DNA from: Epithemia pelagica
Lineage: Eukaryota > Protista > Bacillariophyta
DNA length: 64,000 bases
Direction of reading: 5' to 3'
NCBI GenBank assembly: GCA_946965045.2
Contig: OX337234.1
Span: forward strand, 1,488,001 to 1,552,000
Position numbers and translations under genes: made by a program. Below the pieces are notes generated by a model. It made no database searches. It was given only the letters and a program-made list of their open reading frames with translations, and was not told the DNA's origin. Below, one piece after another: positions 29,096-40,327 of the stretch (positions are counted from its first letter, which is position 1; the number at the start of each line of letters is the position of its first letter).

Positions 29096-31129
29096 ATGAC
29101 ACCACCAACACCAACCGCATCCATATTCACATCCACAACAGCAGAAGCTGTAGCATCCACAACAACAACAACAACCACGTCGTCCTCTTCCACATCATCT
29201 ACTGGAAACCAAGATTCACAACACGGCGCTCCTCCTGTCACGCTGTGCTCCTCCAACAACGATGGAGTCGTCGTCAATCCTCCTCCGTCGTCTTTGTCCA
29301 ACCTGTTGCACCCCTTGTCGGCGTGGAGTGGAGTGTCGGTGGACAAGGTCGTTTTGGGCGTACCGGACGACCCGGACGACGACGACGACAACAACAAGCG
29401 AGTAGTGCGAGGATTACGAGCTCGCATCCATCTCGAGGCGGGAGACGAAATTTTGTCCCCCCTGCCCTGGAATCGTGTCTTGGGTGTCTTTGCCGCACGT
29501 CATTTCATGGACGCCGAACTGTGCAAGGGACGAGGCATTTTTGAATGTCCCACCCATTCCAACCACAAGAAGAAGAATAATAATGACCAGGAAGAATCGG
29601 TCACAACGTGGTGGAAACGACAATTGATTCAAGCCACTCATGGGAAGGCCTTGCGGTTGTGGTCTTGTACCTTGGCGTGTGCCCTGTTGACGGCTCTCCG
29701 ATATCCATTGTCCTCCTGGTCCTGTTATGTGGCCAGTTTGCCATTTCTGCTCCACGAAACCGACGATCACGAGGGACGGATCGCGCGAGCCCTTGGACGT
29801 ACTCGAATGGCCCTGGTCAAACAAGCACGACGCCGACAACGATTGGAGGAACGCCAACGACAAAAGGAGGCCCAGAAACAGCAGCAACAGGAGCAGGAGG
29901 AGGAACCACTCCAACCATCCGTGTCAACTACATCAACAACAACAACCAACCAAGAAGCGCTCTCGTCTCAACTCCCATCTACCAAGTCTGAAATGGACTC
30001 GTCAGACTTGCCCCAGGAAGTCAATGTTCCTTCCTCACAGCATCATGTCTTGGCCTTTTCTCAACAGGCATTAGAGGCCACGGGCGATATGGCATTGATG
30101 CAGACGGTGCAAGTCCATAACCAATGGTTGTATCGGGTTTGGAAGGCCCTCTTTGTTGTGTCAAACGACGATGAGCCGCTCGTGTCGTGGGAATCCTGGG
30201 TCTGGGCCCATGCCATGGTCATTTCTCGAGCCGTGGCGGTCCCCCGAGCTCCAGCCTTTGTGTGTGATTGGCGCCATCCACACGAGGACAGCGTGTCGTA
30301 TTTGACAGGTTCCACCGTCCCCGGTGTTTTGTTACCGGTGATTGACCTGATTAACCATGCCGATAGCAGCAGCAGCAGTCACACCACCAAGAGTTCGACG
30401 AGTAAGGACAAGGAGGATGCCGCGACTCGAGGAGTGCCTTTCGTGGAAGAAGGAAGCAATGCCGCCTTGCATGTGACACAAGCGGGGGTATCGGTTCGAG
30501 CGACACGAGAGATTCGTCCCGGCGAACAAGTCTTGTTTGATTATCATCCGGGAGCATCCTTGCACTTGATGTTGCACAATTATGGCTTTGTCCCTTCCAA
30601 CAGTAGGGTCCACAACCAAACCTGGTCGGTAGGGCCCCATCTCACCGTGTCAGTCTCGCAGAAATTACAAGACACGAAGGACACTGCAAACAATGACGAG
30701 GACAGCGACAAGGAAACGACGCTGGACGCTGGAATGATGATGCGGTTGCAACACGTGTGGGTAGATTCCAAGCAGCATGTGACCCTTGTCATTTCCAACC
30801 ACGATGGTTGTACGGAGCCGGACGAGGAGGACGCTTCCAAACAGCAGCAAGTGGATTTGATGGTGCTGCATGCTTCGTCGGACTCACTCGAGTGGTTTGT
30901 TTCTTATCAGAATCTGGCTACCCACCTTTGTCGACTCGCCATGCAAGCCTATGCACCGCTTTCCACTACAACTACAGCAGCAAAAACAACCGATACCCGG
31001 GGTGAATCCTCGGCCTTGGAGTTGGCCATGGAATATCGACAGGCCACGTTTCGTCTTTTTGAACATGCCTTTCTGGACCTTTTCAGTTGCTCGCAGCTGT
31101 TGTCGTCCACTACGAATCTTGAAGAATGA
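29096..31129 (+). CDS. SET-domain protein-lysine methyltransferase (Rubisco-LSMT/SETD3-like)
   Basis: RGLRA, WVWAHAMVISRA, LLPVIDLINHAD and IRPGEQVLFDY...NYGF. Confidence 0.85.
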   Translation: MTPPTPTASIFTSTTAEAVASTTTTTTTSSSSTSSTGNQDSQHGAPPVTLCSSNNDGVVVNPPPSSLSNLLHPLSAWSGVSVDKVVLGVPDDPDDDDDNNKRVVRGLRARIHLEAGDEILSPLPWNRVLGVFAARHFMDAELCKGRGIFECPTHSNHKKKNNNDQEESVTTWWKRQLIQATHGKALRLWSCTLACALLTALRYPLSSWSCYVASLPFLLHETDDHEGRIARALGRTRMALVKQARRRQRLEERQRQKEAQKQQQQEQEEEPLQPSVSTTSTTTTNQEALSSQLPSTKSEMDSSDLPQEVNVPSSQHHVLAFSQQALEATGDMALMQTVQVHNQWLYRVWKALFVVSNDDEPLVSWESWVWAHAMVISRAVAVPRAPAFVCDWRHPHEDSVSYLTGSTVPGVLLPVIDLINHADSSSSSHTTKSSTSKDKEDAATRGVPFVEEGSNAALHVTQAGVSVRATREIRPGEQVLFDYHPGASLHLMLHNYGFVPSNSRVHNQTWSVGPHLTVSVSQKLQDTKDTANNDEDSDKETTLDAGMMMRLQHVWVDSKQHVTLVISNHDGCTEPDEEDASKQQQVDLMVLHASSDSLEWFVSYQNLATHLCRLAMQAYAPLSTTTTAAKTTDTRGESSALELAMEYRQATFRLFEHAFLDLFSCSQLLSSTTNLEE

Positions 31130-31343
31130 CTTTCCACTTTCCGAGAATGAACGACGACTACCTATGTTATTACTTCCGCTGGCCATCAATTTTGTTCCCT
31201 TTTAATCTAATCATTATTGTATCGTTTACAACTCGCTACGCCAAACAAGCCAAGTGTACACGACTGGACCATGCCCAACGGACACGGTGGCATTCACAGT
31301 TTTCTCTCCAGCGCAAATTGTTGAATGCATCTGCACTGCTCGT

Positions 31344-31889
31344 TTAGAAACCGTGCAGAACGACATTTTCGGAATGACAAATTTCTTGGTCCACCAAAAA
31401 GTCCTTCACATTCGTTCTTTGATCGCCAGATAATTGAATGACCTCTCCCACTTCTTCATCTTTTTGTACGGCACCGTTGCACGAAAAATTCTTTTTAAAC
31501 GCCTTGCAAATTCTTTTAATGTCCAAATCATCGGCCAATCCAGCGACGGTGGTAATACATTTCCGGCCATTGCGTTGCTGGACACGGACGTGGACTTTTT
31601 CTTCCGTGCCTCCACCACCCGTATCGCCCGCATCGTCAAAGGCATCTGGAATAGAGAATCATGTCATGTTGATTTTTTGTCGTGGGATACCAAGAAAGGG
31701 CAACAGCAATCGTGTACATCCGCCATCACAAACCGTGAAAATCATACGACAACCGAAACAAAAGTGAGAAAACCACAACCATTTCCTCGAACACCAATCT
31801 TTCAACACAGCATCGGACAGAGTGAGAATGGTGAAAGCCTAATCGAAGATCCATGACGTACCAAAGCCTCCAAAATTCATACTCGCCAT
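31344..31889 (-). CDS. SUI1: Translation initiation factor eIF1/SUI1 (exons 31889-31862, 31645-31344; 109 aa)
   Basis: KVHVRVQQRNGRKCITTVAGL...KKNFSCNG...VIQLSGDQR...HGF. GTACGT...TTCCAG intron at 31646-31861. Confidence 0.95.
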
Positions 31890-32437
31890 GGTGGTTGAAA
31901 CTTTCTCGGTTGCAGTTTTTTTTTGTGGGTGTGTTGTGTGTTGTGTGTTGCCCTCGTCTCGTCGACTTGTCACGTCGGGAGGACAGGCGACACTGACGAA
32001 TGTCAGACGCCATGCACGTTTCGTTTTCGTCGCTTACGTCTTGCGGCTTGCGCTGAACTTTTCAGTGCCACTATAAAATGGAATGTAGGAGTATGCCCAT
32101 TTGGGGGCGGATTCTTCCGCATGACTTCCACCCCTCCATGATCCGACAATGCAGAGAATGCCCCCTTCTGTCACAAATATATTGCAAGAACACTTCGCAT
32201 GCCCCTCAAACAACGACCCCCTGATCCGGAACCTGAATTGAAATGTTGTTTGGGAGCGCGAGTTCGGCCGCACTCGCACCCAAGCGAAAACCCAGCTGTC
32301 TCCATTCACAATTTCGCATTATTTTCTATGAACGCACCCACTGCTCTTGCCAGCAGCAGTGACCACCATTGGGACCGCCGCATACCCCTTGCCGCAATTG
32401 GTTGTTACCCTTTGGGGTAGAGCCCAACAAGTGAGAG

Positions 32438-34930
32438 GTGTTTGTTGCCATGAATGCCGCTAAATATGCTACCTTCAATATCGATGCCTTGGAGTTTGAT
32501 TATGGAGGCGGTGGTTCTTCCTCCCAAGAAAACCAAGCCATGTACCATGGCCCTCAAAACGAAGGTTACGATTCCTCAGCGGCCCCACAACCTACCGTTA
32601 CACTTGGTGCCTATAATTCTTCAAGTCGAGGAACCTCGGGTTTACATGAGACGCAACAACCAGCACCACCCAACCAAGCGGCACAACCCTTCTTGGTAGG
32701 TCGAGTCAATGAGTATGCGCCTCGAGATGCAACCTTTCTATCACCGTATGCCATTGGGACACCGGCGTCCGCTCCAGCGTACACCCTGCACAATGCGAGC
32801 GCGAGTTCTCAATACGCAGCTGCGACGAGTGCAAGCAACAACCCCAATCCATTTGATCCACTACCCATATCCATGAATCATCATCATGTTCCCGTCAATC
32901 CTGTGAATCAGGGTTCCAGTTCCAACGCGTTTGAGGACTTTTTGCTGAATGCATTGGTTTCGCAGGGATCCGCCCCCGTGGACGCGGTTCCGGTCGAACC
33001 GAATGCCACCTACAGCACCGTGTCCTCCTCCCCCATTGAACAATTCACAGAACCATGGCTCAATGAAATCAAAATCACTGTGTCAACGTTGTCACTCGAA
33101 CCGCTCTCTGGGATTGAGATTATTTCGAGATTGCAAACGCGAATGGACGATGTGATTACCAAGTTTCTTCCATGCGTGGACTTTTTGGTTCAATGCCAAC
33201 AGGATCTGAGAAAGGGTTTGGCTCTGGCTCAACGCAAGGTTGGTTCGAGTCGCCGGTACTTTCAACAACACTTAAGTCCTAGACAGTTTTGGGCGAGTTA
33301 TGTTGAACCGCTACCCAAAAAGTTCATGCTCAAAAATCAACACCTAATGGAGAGGAAGAGTCTGAACGAGGCCGTTACGGGGCTGGAGAGACTACGAAAA
33401 GATGCCAAAAATAGTTGTGATACATCTTGTGAAGCCGTCAAAAACAGCTTTCTGGGCGGTATGAAAGAGGGCGAATCTTGGGGGCTTCGAAAATGGCTTT
33501 CACGCCATGGGAATGCGCTGGCCATATGTACGGATATGGAATGTATACTCAAAGCACTAAAAACCTTGGACAAATCCTTGGAGTCCACAAAAAAGCTTGC
33601 TGAACTACTGAGACCACTGGCAAGTAAGACACTGGCTCGACTGAAAAAGGATGTTCCGTCGTCCTATCAAGAACGGAGTTCCGCCCATCCCTACCTTCCA
33701 TTTTTCCACCGGTTGGAAAGCGCCCTTCGCGATGTAAGCCAGTTCGATCCAGACGATGATGGCGTCATTTGCTTGGACGATTCGGATGATGATTCAGATA
33801 TTGTTGTGGAAGTCAAGCCTCCTCCAAAGCCCAAACCTGTCACCCAGCCTAGTCGGCAGAAACGAAAGGCTGCACAAGTGGTGACCGAGCCTGTGCGGCC
33901 GAAAGAGCAAACTATTGATGACAGCGGAAGCTCATCGGGATCGGACGAAGAGTGTGATGTTGTTGAAATCGTTGGTGTCAAGCAGCCAATACCAGAAATT
34001 CCTTTATCACCAACACCTGAATGGAAATGCAAAATATGTTCCGAGCTCAACTCTTCCTCCTCGCCTATTTGTACTGAATGCGGGGCCGAAAATACCAATG
34101 CTAATGCGGGGCTGCTTCGAGATATCGATCAGCTTTTTAATGGTGCAGACGGCTTCCCTGATGAAGATATGGAGGAGCTTGTACCAAAAGAGCCTCCAAA
34201 GAAGAAGACCAGAAAGAAACGGGCTTCGCCAAAAGCGAAAAAACCCGAGGAAATAATAACTTCACATGTATGGCCAACACCGGTGTCTATGGACGAACTT
34301 CAAGCCGTTGCGGATGTTGCGTCAAGAATAGCTGCAAAATTGGATGACCTTGCCCAGTTCTTTCGGGACCACCGAGAAGCAGAGGTGCGACCAATGACCG
34401 CTCCCCGGGGCCACTTTTGGATCGGCGAACGCTATGCCGATGTACTCTCGATATTTGGGAGCATTCTACGAAGTCCTGAGTCTGTCCATTTCATTGAGAA
34501 TGTGAGCGACGATCGATTACACGATGCGAACCCGGATCAAACGCGGTACACAGATGTCATCAAGAATCCCTTGTGTTTTAGTGACATTGCCGCTGCCCTG
34601 ATACATGAACCATGGAATGAAGAATTTTCTAGCTACTCCGATGGACAACTTCCTGGGAGAACGTTGGCCTCTTGGAACATGTGGATAGGGATTGATCTGT
34701 TGCAAGCGCTGGATCTGGTCCTGTTGAACTCGCTTGCTTACGGAAAGGTCATTGGTGAGGGACGATCGCGTCAACGTGCAAGAACCAACGAATTACGCAA
34801 GTTTTTGTGGTCACGCATTCAAGAAGTGGTGGCGACTCATACGGGCGATGACTCTGAAAAGAAGAAACAGTGTACACCGACAAGGCGGTCCGAAACCAGC
34901 GGATTCGTCGTGTTGAAACGCAAGGACTAG
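32438..34930 (+). CDS. Uncharacterised nuclear-type protein with RanBP2-type zinc finger and degenerate bromodomain-like C-terminus
   Basis: 830-aa ORF. WKCKICSELNSSSSPICTECG fits W-x-C-x2-C-x3-N-x6-C-x2-C. YTDVIKNPLCFSDI and DLVLLNSLAYG recall bromodomain ZA-loop and helix B motifs. Basic NLS-like stretches. Confidence 0.6.
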   Translation: MFVAMNAAKYATFNIDALEFDYGGGGSSSQENQAMYHGPQNEGYDSSAAPQPTVTLGAYNSSSRGTSGLHETQQPAPPNQAAQPFLVGRVNEYAPRDATFLSPYAIGTPASAPAYTLHNASASSQYAAATSASNNPNPFDPLPISMNHHHVPVNPVNQGSSSNAFEDFLLNALVSQGSAPVDAVPVEPNATYSTVSSSPIEQFTEPWLNEIKITVSTLSLEPLSGIEIISRLQTRMDDVITKFLPCVDFLVQCQQDLRKGLALAQRKVGSSRRYFQQHLSPRQFWASYVEPLPKKFMLKNQHLMERKSLNEAVTGLERLRKDAKNSCDTSCEAVKNSFLGGMKEGESWGLRKWLSRHGNALAICTDMECILKALKTLDKSLESTKKLAELLRPLASKTLARLKKDVPSSYQERSSAHPYLPFFHRLESALRDVSQFDPDDDGVICLDDSDDDSDIVVEVKPPPKPKPVTQPSRQKRKAAQVVTEPVRPKEQTIDDSGSSSGSDEECDVVEIVGVKQPIPEIPLSPTPEWKCKICSELNSSSSPICTECGAENTNANAGLLRDIDQLFNGADGFPDEDMEELVPKEPPKKKTRKKRASPKAKKPEEIITSHVWPTPVSMDELQAVADVASRIAAKLDDLAQFFRDHREAEVRPMTAPRGHFWIGERYADVLSIFGSILRSPESVHFIENVSDDRLHDANPDQTRYTDVIKNPLCFSDIAAALIHEPWNEEFSSYSDGQLPGRTLASWNMWIGIDLLQALDLVLLNSLAYGKVIGEGRSRQRARTNELRKFLWSRIQEVVATHTGDDSEKKKQCTPTRRSETSGFVVLKRKD

Positions 34931-36746
34931 CATATATGCGTGGAACACAAGAAATGGAAACACGATCTTGAGCATGGCGCATTTTCGATCAAAATTTGTG
35001 CACATAAGCATGGTCCGTTTTTCTGCTACTACCGTGTGATTGCAACGCATTGACATTCTGAAGTCAAACGAAGTTGCCCTTAGGACAGTTGACTCGATGT
35101 CAATGAATCAATCCGTCGCCTATGAAAAAACAACAAGTACTCTCTCCCTTCAATGAGAATTCTCGACATCAAAGAGTAACAAAGGCGAACGAGGAGATCC
35201 AGACATCCAGGTGAAGCGTACGAATCATTTCTTCTCCTGACTGAAGAGCAGCAACGATGCAACCAGGTTCTTTTCGCATGTCGTCTCTTGCGTCAATCCC
35301 ATGTTCTAAGAGTGTCAAGTCAGCGGTCAGTGTTCGCGTCTCCTCCATCCAAACATAGATAGTCAATGGAACGATCATTTGGGAAACAAGAGCACTTGGA
35401 TGACGGCAATGGCATAAACTAAAGACGCAATGAATTTTCCATCACTACAGATAACAGATCGTTGAACAGACAAGGATATCATGGAGTTTCGAAGTGGTAC
35501 GGTGCAGTGCATCTACGAGAGTAAAGATCTCTCCAACTGACTATTGTTGATCACCTTCCAGTCAGGAAGCCCTTAAGGAATGTATTGCCATCTCTCTATA
35601 CAATTCACATGAAACCAACAGCAATGGCGCCGAGGCTGACCAGTGTGACCTTACTGTACTAATACACTTGGTCGAGAACGTACGATAGTCTCACCTCCTG
35701 GAGTACAAGAACAACGGCAATACCTAAATCATCATCATCCCCTCTGTCATATGGAAAGCGCATTTGTCACAGTATCCAGTCACACCAATCCAATAGATAA
35801 CGATTCGCCAGTTCAGGCCAACCGATGTGCTCAATGACAACTTTGCTCCAGTCTGCGTCATTAAGGTTGAAAGTAATTTCCCTTCTTTATTTTTGCCAGT
35901 ATGGATGAATGGCTTGGAGTTCAGGACATGTTATCCTCATTTTCGGCAGATAATTTCGTACGACCTTTATGCTCAGGAATTCCTAAGCAAGTTCTTTGAA
36001 TGCGTAAGGCGTAATGAATGGACCATGGCATGCCTGTCCCTGAAAATTGGCCAGTGCCAGAAGGAAGATTTCACACGAAAGAATTTTGAAATATGTGTCA
36101 TCTCAAGGAACCTTATGGAAGTGATCGGTTAGTCTGATCGATCCCTTTTCCGTCGACTTTCATGTACAATGGAGGGACGAGCATCAATGCAAAAACATGG
36201 ACAACTATGGTTCGTCACTGGAACGCGTTTTGTCACTTTTGGCCATTGGGGCGAAGCGGCCAGTGCCACAAGCCAGATTTCGCACGAACGACTTTTGAAC
36301 TCCGCGTCATCTCATGCCATCTCCTGAAAGTCATCAGCCTGATCGGTCCCTTTTTCGTCGACCGTCGTGTGAAGATTCGCTTCTCCTATTGGAATTTTTC
36401 GGTGAATCGTGACAATGTGAGCACGTGTATCGTCAGAAACGATAACAAACAACGGAAGGAGTCCTGCAGCATTGTTATAGAGACTGGATTGAGGCATATG
36501 TAATTTGTGTTGGTCGCTTCTAAGTATTCGTCTGGGAAAAGGATCGTGCGCCAGTTTCGAATTCTAATTACTGTTGCGACTCCCCTATCTTGTAAGTGGA
36601 TTGCGCGCATGCCTGACTCCCCCAAGGAATATCACCATGAACGATTAGACATCGGTTGGAACATCGTTTTTCGATTTTCTCATCCACTCTCGTCTTGCTC
36701 ATAATTTGCGAGTTTGGCCCCATCAACGAGAAACACAAGTGTTGTC

Positions 36747-37556
36747 ATGAAACCTGTCCTTACGGCAACGGCAGCAGCTGCCTTATTTTGCTTGGTCTCC
36801 GATGTCCAGGCGTGGGACGATGATTACATGATGGACGACATCTATGTGCACGATGATTTCTATTACCCCAAGGATGATGACGGCAAGGGTGGCAAAAAGA
36901 GCGGCAAGAAGGGTTCGGATGGCGGCAAGAAAGGTAGTGGAAAGAAAGGACAATATGACGATGACTACCACTACGACGACGATATCTACCATCCTTACGA
37001 TGACTACTATCATCCATATGATGACTACTATCATCCGTACGATGATTACTATCATCCGTATGATGACTATTATCATCCATACGATGACTACTACCATCCG
37101 TACGATGACTATTATCATCCATATGATGACTACTACCATCCGTACGATGACGACTATGGTAAAGGAAAGGGCAAAGGAAAGGGTAGTGACGACGACTACT
37201 ATGGAAAAGGAAAGGGCGGTGGAAAAGGCGATGACAGTGGCAAGAAGGGCGGTGGAAAAGGCGATGACAGTGGCAAGAAAGGAGGATACGATGACGACTA
37301 CTATGGCAAGGGCAAGGGTGGCAAAAAAGAGGGCGGCAAGGGCGGCAAGAAGGAAGTGTACGACGACGACTACTACGACGATGACTACTACCAGTACTAT
37401 TACAACCATTACCCTTACTATTACCCCCCTCCACCCAAGTACTACCCACCACCCCACTATTACAAGAAATACCATGGTCCATCGCCACCAAGCGGTAAAA
37501 AGGGCTCTGATAGCTCCGATGGCAAGGGTGGCAAGGGTGGCAAGAGACGTGACTAA
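36747..37556 (+). CDS. Secreted Tyr/Asp/His- and Gly/Lys-rich repeat protein (cell-wall/cingulin/silaffin-like composition)
   Basis: Signal peptide MKPVLTATAAAALFCLVSDVQA, 7x YDDYYHP, many GKGGK/KxxK motifs and a YYPPPPKYYPPPHYY tail. Confidence 0.7.
   Translation: MKPVLTATAAAALFCLVSDVQAWDDDYMMDDIYVHDDFYYPKDDDGKGGKKSGKKGSDGGKKGSGKKGQYDDDYHYDDDIYHPYDDYYHPYDDYYHPYDDYYHPYDDYYHPYDDYYHPYDDYYHPYDDYYHPYDDDYGKGKGKGKGSDDDYYGKGKGGGKGDDSGKKGGGKGDDSGKKGGYDDDYYGKGKGGKKEGGKGGKKEVYDDDYYDDDYYQYYYNHYPYYYPPPPKYYPPPHYYKKYHGPSPPSGKKGSDSSDGKGGKGGKRRD
36996..37142 (+). repeat. Coding tandem repeat, 7 x 21 bp (YDDYYHP)
   Basis: Units differ only at synonymous positions (tat/tac, gat/gac, cca/ccg). Confidence 0.9.
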
Positions 37557-38569
37557 AAGAACAAACGTGGTCCTGGAGTGTTAGGAATGAAGGGTCTGAC
37601 GCGGAGGTGTCAATGATGCGGGGAGGCATTGAATGTTGTATATGTGCCCTCTGGCCTGTTACAACGAGGCCAATAGATCGTGTCTCACACTACGGTTGGT
37701 GGAGGCACATGATTGAGCCGGAAGAAGCAACAGTTACCCATGGTGGTTCAACCCTTTGTTTAAGACAGAAGGATGAGTAGTGGTCGTGTGTTTTGGAAGG
37801 ACTTTATATTGTAATTTATTTTATTTCTCTACAAAGCATTACAAATATAGAATTTTTGGCTCCATGGAGAACCGCCTTAAAATCATGGAACGAGGCAATC
37901 CCCATAATGGTGACACTTGCAATGTGAAGAGAGTTACGAACAAGATCGCGGTTAGGGGGTGTGGGATGAGGGCGCACATTCATGGAATCTTTTGCCGATA
38001 TTTCGAGAGATGCAATCAGCCCTAAATCCGATGAGCAAAACAAGAACTAGGAGTAGGTAGGAAGGAATTTCGGAGTACTTTTTGAAAAGTCAACGAACTT
38101 TTTTTGAAGTCCTTCCAGCCACGGCTGGAGAATTTAGCTTCTACCGTTTTTTCCGGTTCCTGGTTCCCCTATTCCTGGACCCCCCACCCCCCTTAAACGT
38201 ACATGGCCCCCTAACTTTATATCTGTAGGTTCTTTCCAGGTTTTAGGGTTACCCCCACATTCCTCACGTTCCAAGCTTTCCATCGCACTGCCTGACATTA
38301 CATGGGAGTGAATCGAAGAGGAGAAACAAGAGATACAGCATGATGGGTATTGTTATTAGGGTTAAGGCTACGTTTGGAAGCACGGTCTTTCCCCTAACTG
38401 GATTAGTGCGACCAACCCTTCTCCACAACCCCGATGTTGAACATGAACTTTACTATTAAGTTAATTGTACTGTGTGAATGGAATCTTAAAAAAAATTATC
38501 CAACAATTGCCGGAGTCCTGGACCCAATCATGTATTGTACATTCCTGGGGTCCAGGAATCCGTAAAATA

Positions 38570-38983
38570 CAATGGCTAAATGCCACCTCAGTTGCGTCCC
38601 TCCTTCTCCCTCGTAAGACACAAGAGAAACTAGGTGTGTAGTGCTGGGCGAAATGAAATGCTAGGAGCCCAACCGTGCTACCACACCATGGCCTGGGCGG
38701 GTAGAGGCGGGTTAGCTATCTACTTCAGCAGTCTCTCGTGACGGCCAAAAGGAAAGAATGAGCTCCTTGCCACAATGTGACAATCGAGAAAGTGTGACGA
38801 CCCCGGGCGAGCGCGCCGGGCCAGCAGTGTCAACTCGTCTGTCGTGCGTACCGCAACTCCAATGGCTAAATGCCACCTCAGTTGCGTCCCTTCTTCTCCC
38901 TCGTAAGACACAAGAGAAACTAGGTGTGTAGTGCTGGGCGAAATGAAATGCTAGGAGCCCAACCGTGCTACCACACCATGGCC
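38570..38983. repeat. B2-spacer-A2-B1 repeat block of YR element 2
   Basis: B is 124 bp (38570-38693 and 38860-38983). A is 152 bp (38712-38863 and 43447-43598). Confidence 0.92.
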
Positions 38984-39127
38984 CGCTGTTGCAGGGCCAA
39001 CACAGACGCGGAGGGACGGGAAGTATCGGAGGTACGGGGAATAGTGTCGTTGTTTGCTTTGGTAATGTTGATGTGTGTGTATGTTTTTTTTTTGGTTTTG
39101 TTGTTTCACTGGTTTGTTGACTCGGGG

Positions 39128-40327
39128 CTAGGAGCCGGCGGAGGACGATGGGGACCAGCCTTCGGTCATTTTGAGTATATGTTGCTCGGCCACTGGGACG
39201 TCTGCGCCATTTTCTAGCTGGAAGGTACCATGTGTGTGCATTTTTTCAGCAAGTTTGTTGATGATGGGCGTCGCTTGTGCATGGAGGTATCGGAACATTG
39301 CATCCGACCGCCAGCGACCCACGAGCTTGATCATGTCGGTGTCCACTTGTCCACACAGCAACGCCATGGCACCACCGGCCCGAAGACTCCGAGTTTGGAT
39401 TTTGGCTGGGTCGACACCCGCCTCTGGGACAAGGGATGCGGCCGTACGTAGGATTCTGGTGATCATGCTGGACGTGACGATTTGCCAGCCTCGAGCATGA
39501 GGAGCTATAGCGCAAACTGGCGTGTTCGGGCTGCCACCGATGGAGCGGACATAGATGATACGACGTGCCAGGGAGAGTGTGGGGCAGGCATGGGGATGGC
39601 CGCTGCGCCCGTGGGCGATAATTTCACCTTTCTGCCGATTTTTCTGGGTTTCAAAGGTGATGGACGAAGAGGTGGCCGCTCGCAGTTCATCGTAGGTGCA
39701 GCGAAAGGCGTCCAGTTTTGTGTTGTTGATGCTGAATGAGATTTGGCGGGCTCGGAGGGGTTTGTTATCCGTCGTGAAGCAGTGTTCCCCAGAACGTAGC
39801 ATATAATAGAACGCTATCCACGCCATGTCCATTACAACTTCGGCTTCGAGGCGCCGTTTAGATTCGTTGGATATTGCTTGTGCTTTGTACATGATGCTCA
39901 GTGGGACGGGCTGTAGACGAACTGGGGCTGGGTCGACCTGTGTCATGCCTTTTAGTTGCGAACCGAGCCGAGTGTCGATGGCGCCAAAACGATTCAGGCG
40001 TGGGTCCGTGGCCCCCATTGCTGTAAACGCCTTGGCGACGGCGAGTAATTGGTCAGCCACTGTAGTACCTCTGACCGGGTCACCACTCCTGCTGCATCGG
40101 CCGTCGCGGACCCGTTGGGCGAAGACTTGGAGAACTGGGATTTTGTCCGCACAGGTTTGTAGGAAGGGGTCGAGCGCCAAGGATTTACAGAAGGGTAGCC
40201 AAGATTTTTCCCAAATGCGGTCTTGGGAGTCGGCACGGTGTTTAGAGACGGCAGCTCTGGACGTGTCTTGAGCAAGGCGCAGGTCAACGTAGAAATTATC
40301 CCTGGCCGAGGCTGGTGAAGCTGCCAT
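39128..40327 (-). CDS. Tyrosine recombinase of YR element 2
   Basis: AFYYMLRSGE (R), TRSLRAGGA (R) and VGRWRSDAMFRYLH (W, Y). Overlaps the RNase H 3' end. Confidence 0.9.
   Translation of the reverse strand: MAASPASARDNFYVDLRLAQDTSRAAVSKHRADSQDRIWEKSWLPFCKSLALDPFLQTCADKIPVLQVFAQRVRDGRCSRSGDPVRGTTVADQLLAVAKAFTAMGATDPRLNRFGAIDTRLGSQLKGMTQVDPAPVRLQPVPLSIMYKAQAISNESKRRLEAEVVMDMAWIAFYYMLRSGEHCFTTDNKPLRARQISFSINNTKLDAFRCTYDELRAATSSSITFETQKNRQKGEIIAHGRSGHPHACPTLSLARRIIYVRSIGGSPNTPVCAIAPHARGWQIVTSSMITRILRTAASLVPEAGVDPAKIQTRSLRAGGAMALLCGQVDTDMIKLVGRWRSDAMFRYLHAQATPIINKLAEKMHTHGTFQLENGADVPVAEQHILKMTEGWSPSSSAGS

Noticed and set aside
36050-36355. Diverged direct repeat (about 36050-36150 vs 36258-36355)
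   Set aside because: Stops occur in the plausible frames and no motif is recognisable; probably old decayed coding DNA.
36996-37142. Possible CRISPR-like array (also 56085-56330)
   Set aside because: Head-to-tail coding repeats with no unique spacers, no cas genes, and a eukaryotic context.
36760-37629. Long antisense and alternative-frame ORFs over repeat-rich genes (also 27236..27700, 29414..29914, 42207..43082, 58397..59149)
   Set aside because: Shadow ORFs explained by codon bias and repeats on the real coding strand.
38171-38559. 13-bp inverted repeat attcctggacccc / ggggtccaggaat as a possible MITE
   Set aside because: No matching TSD, and the repeat is too short to call without other copies.
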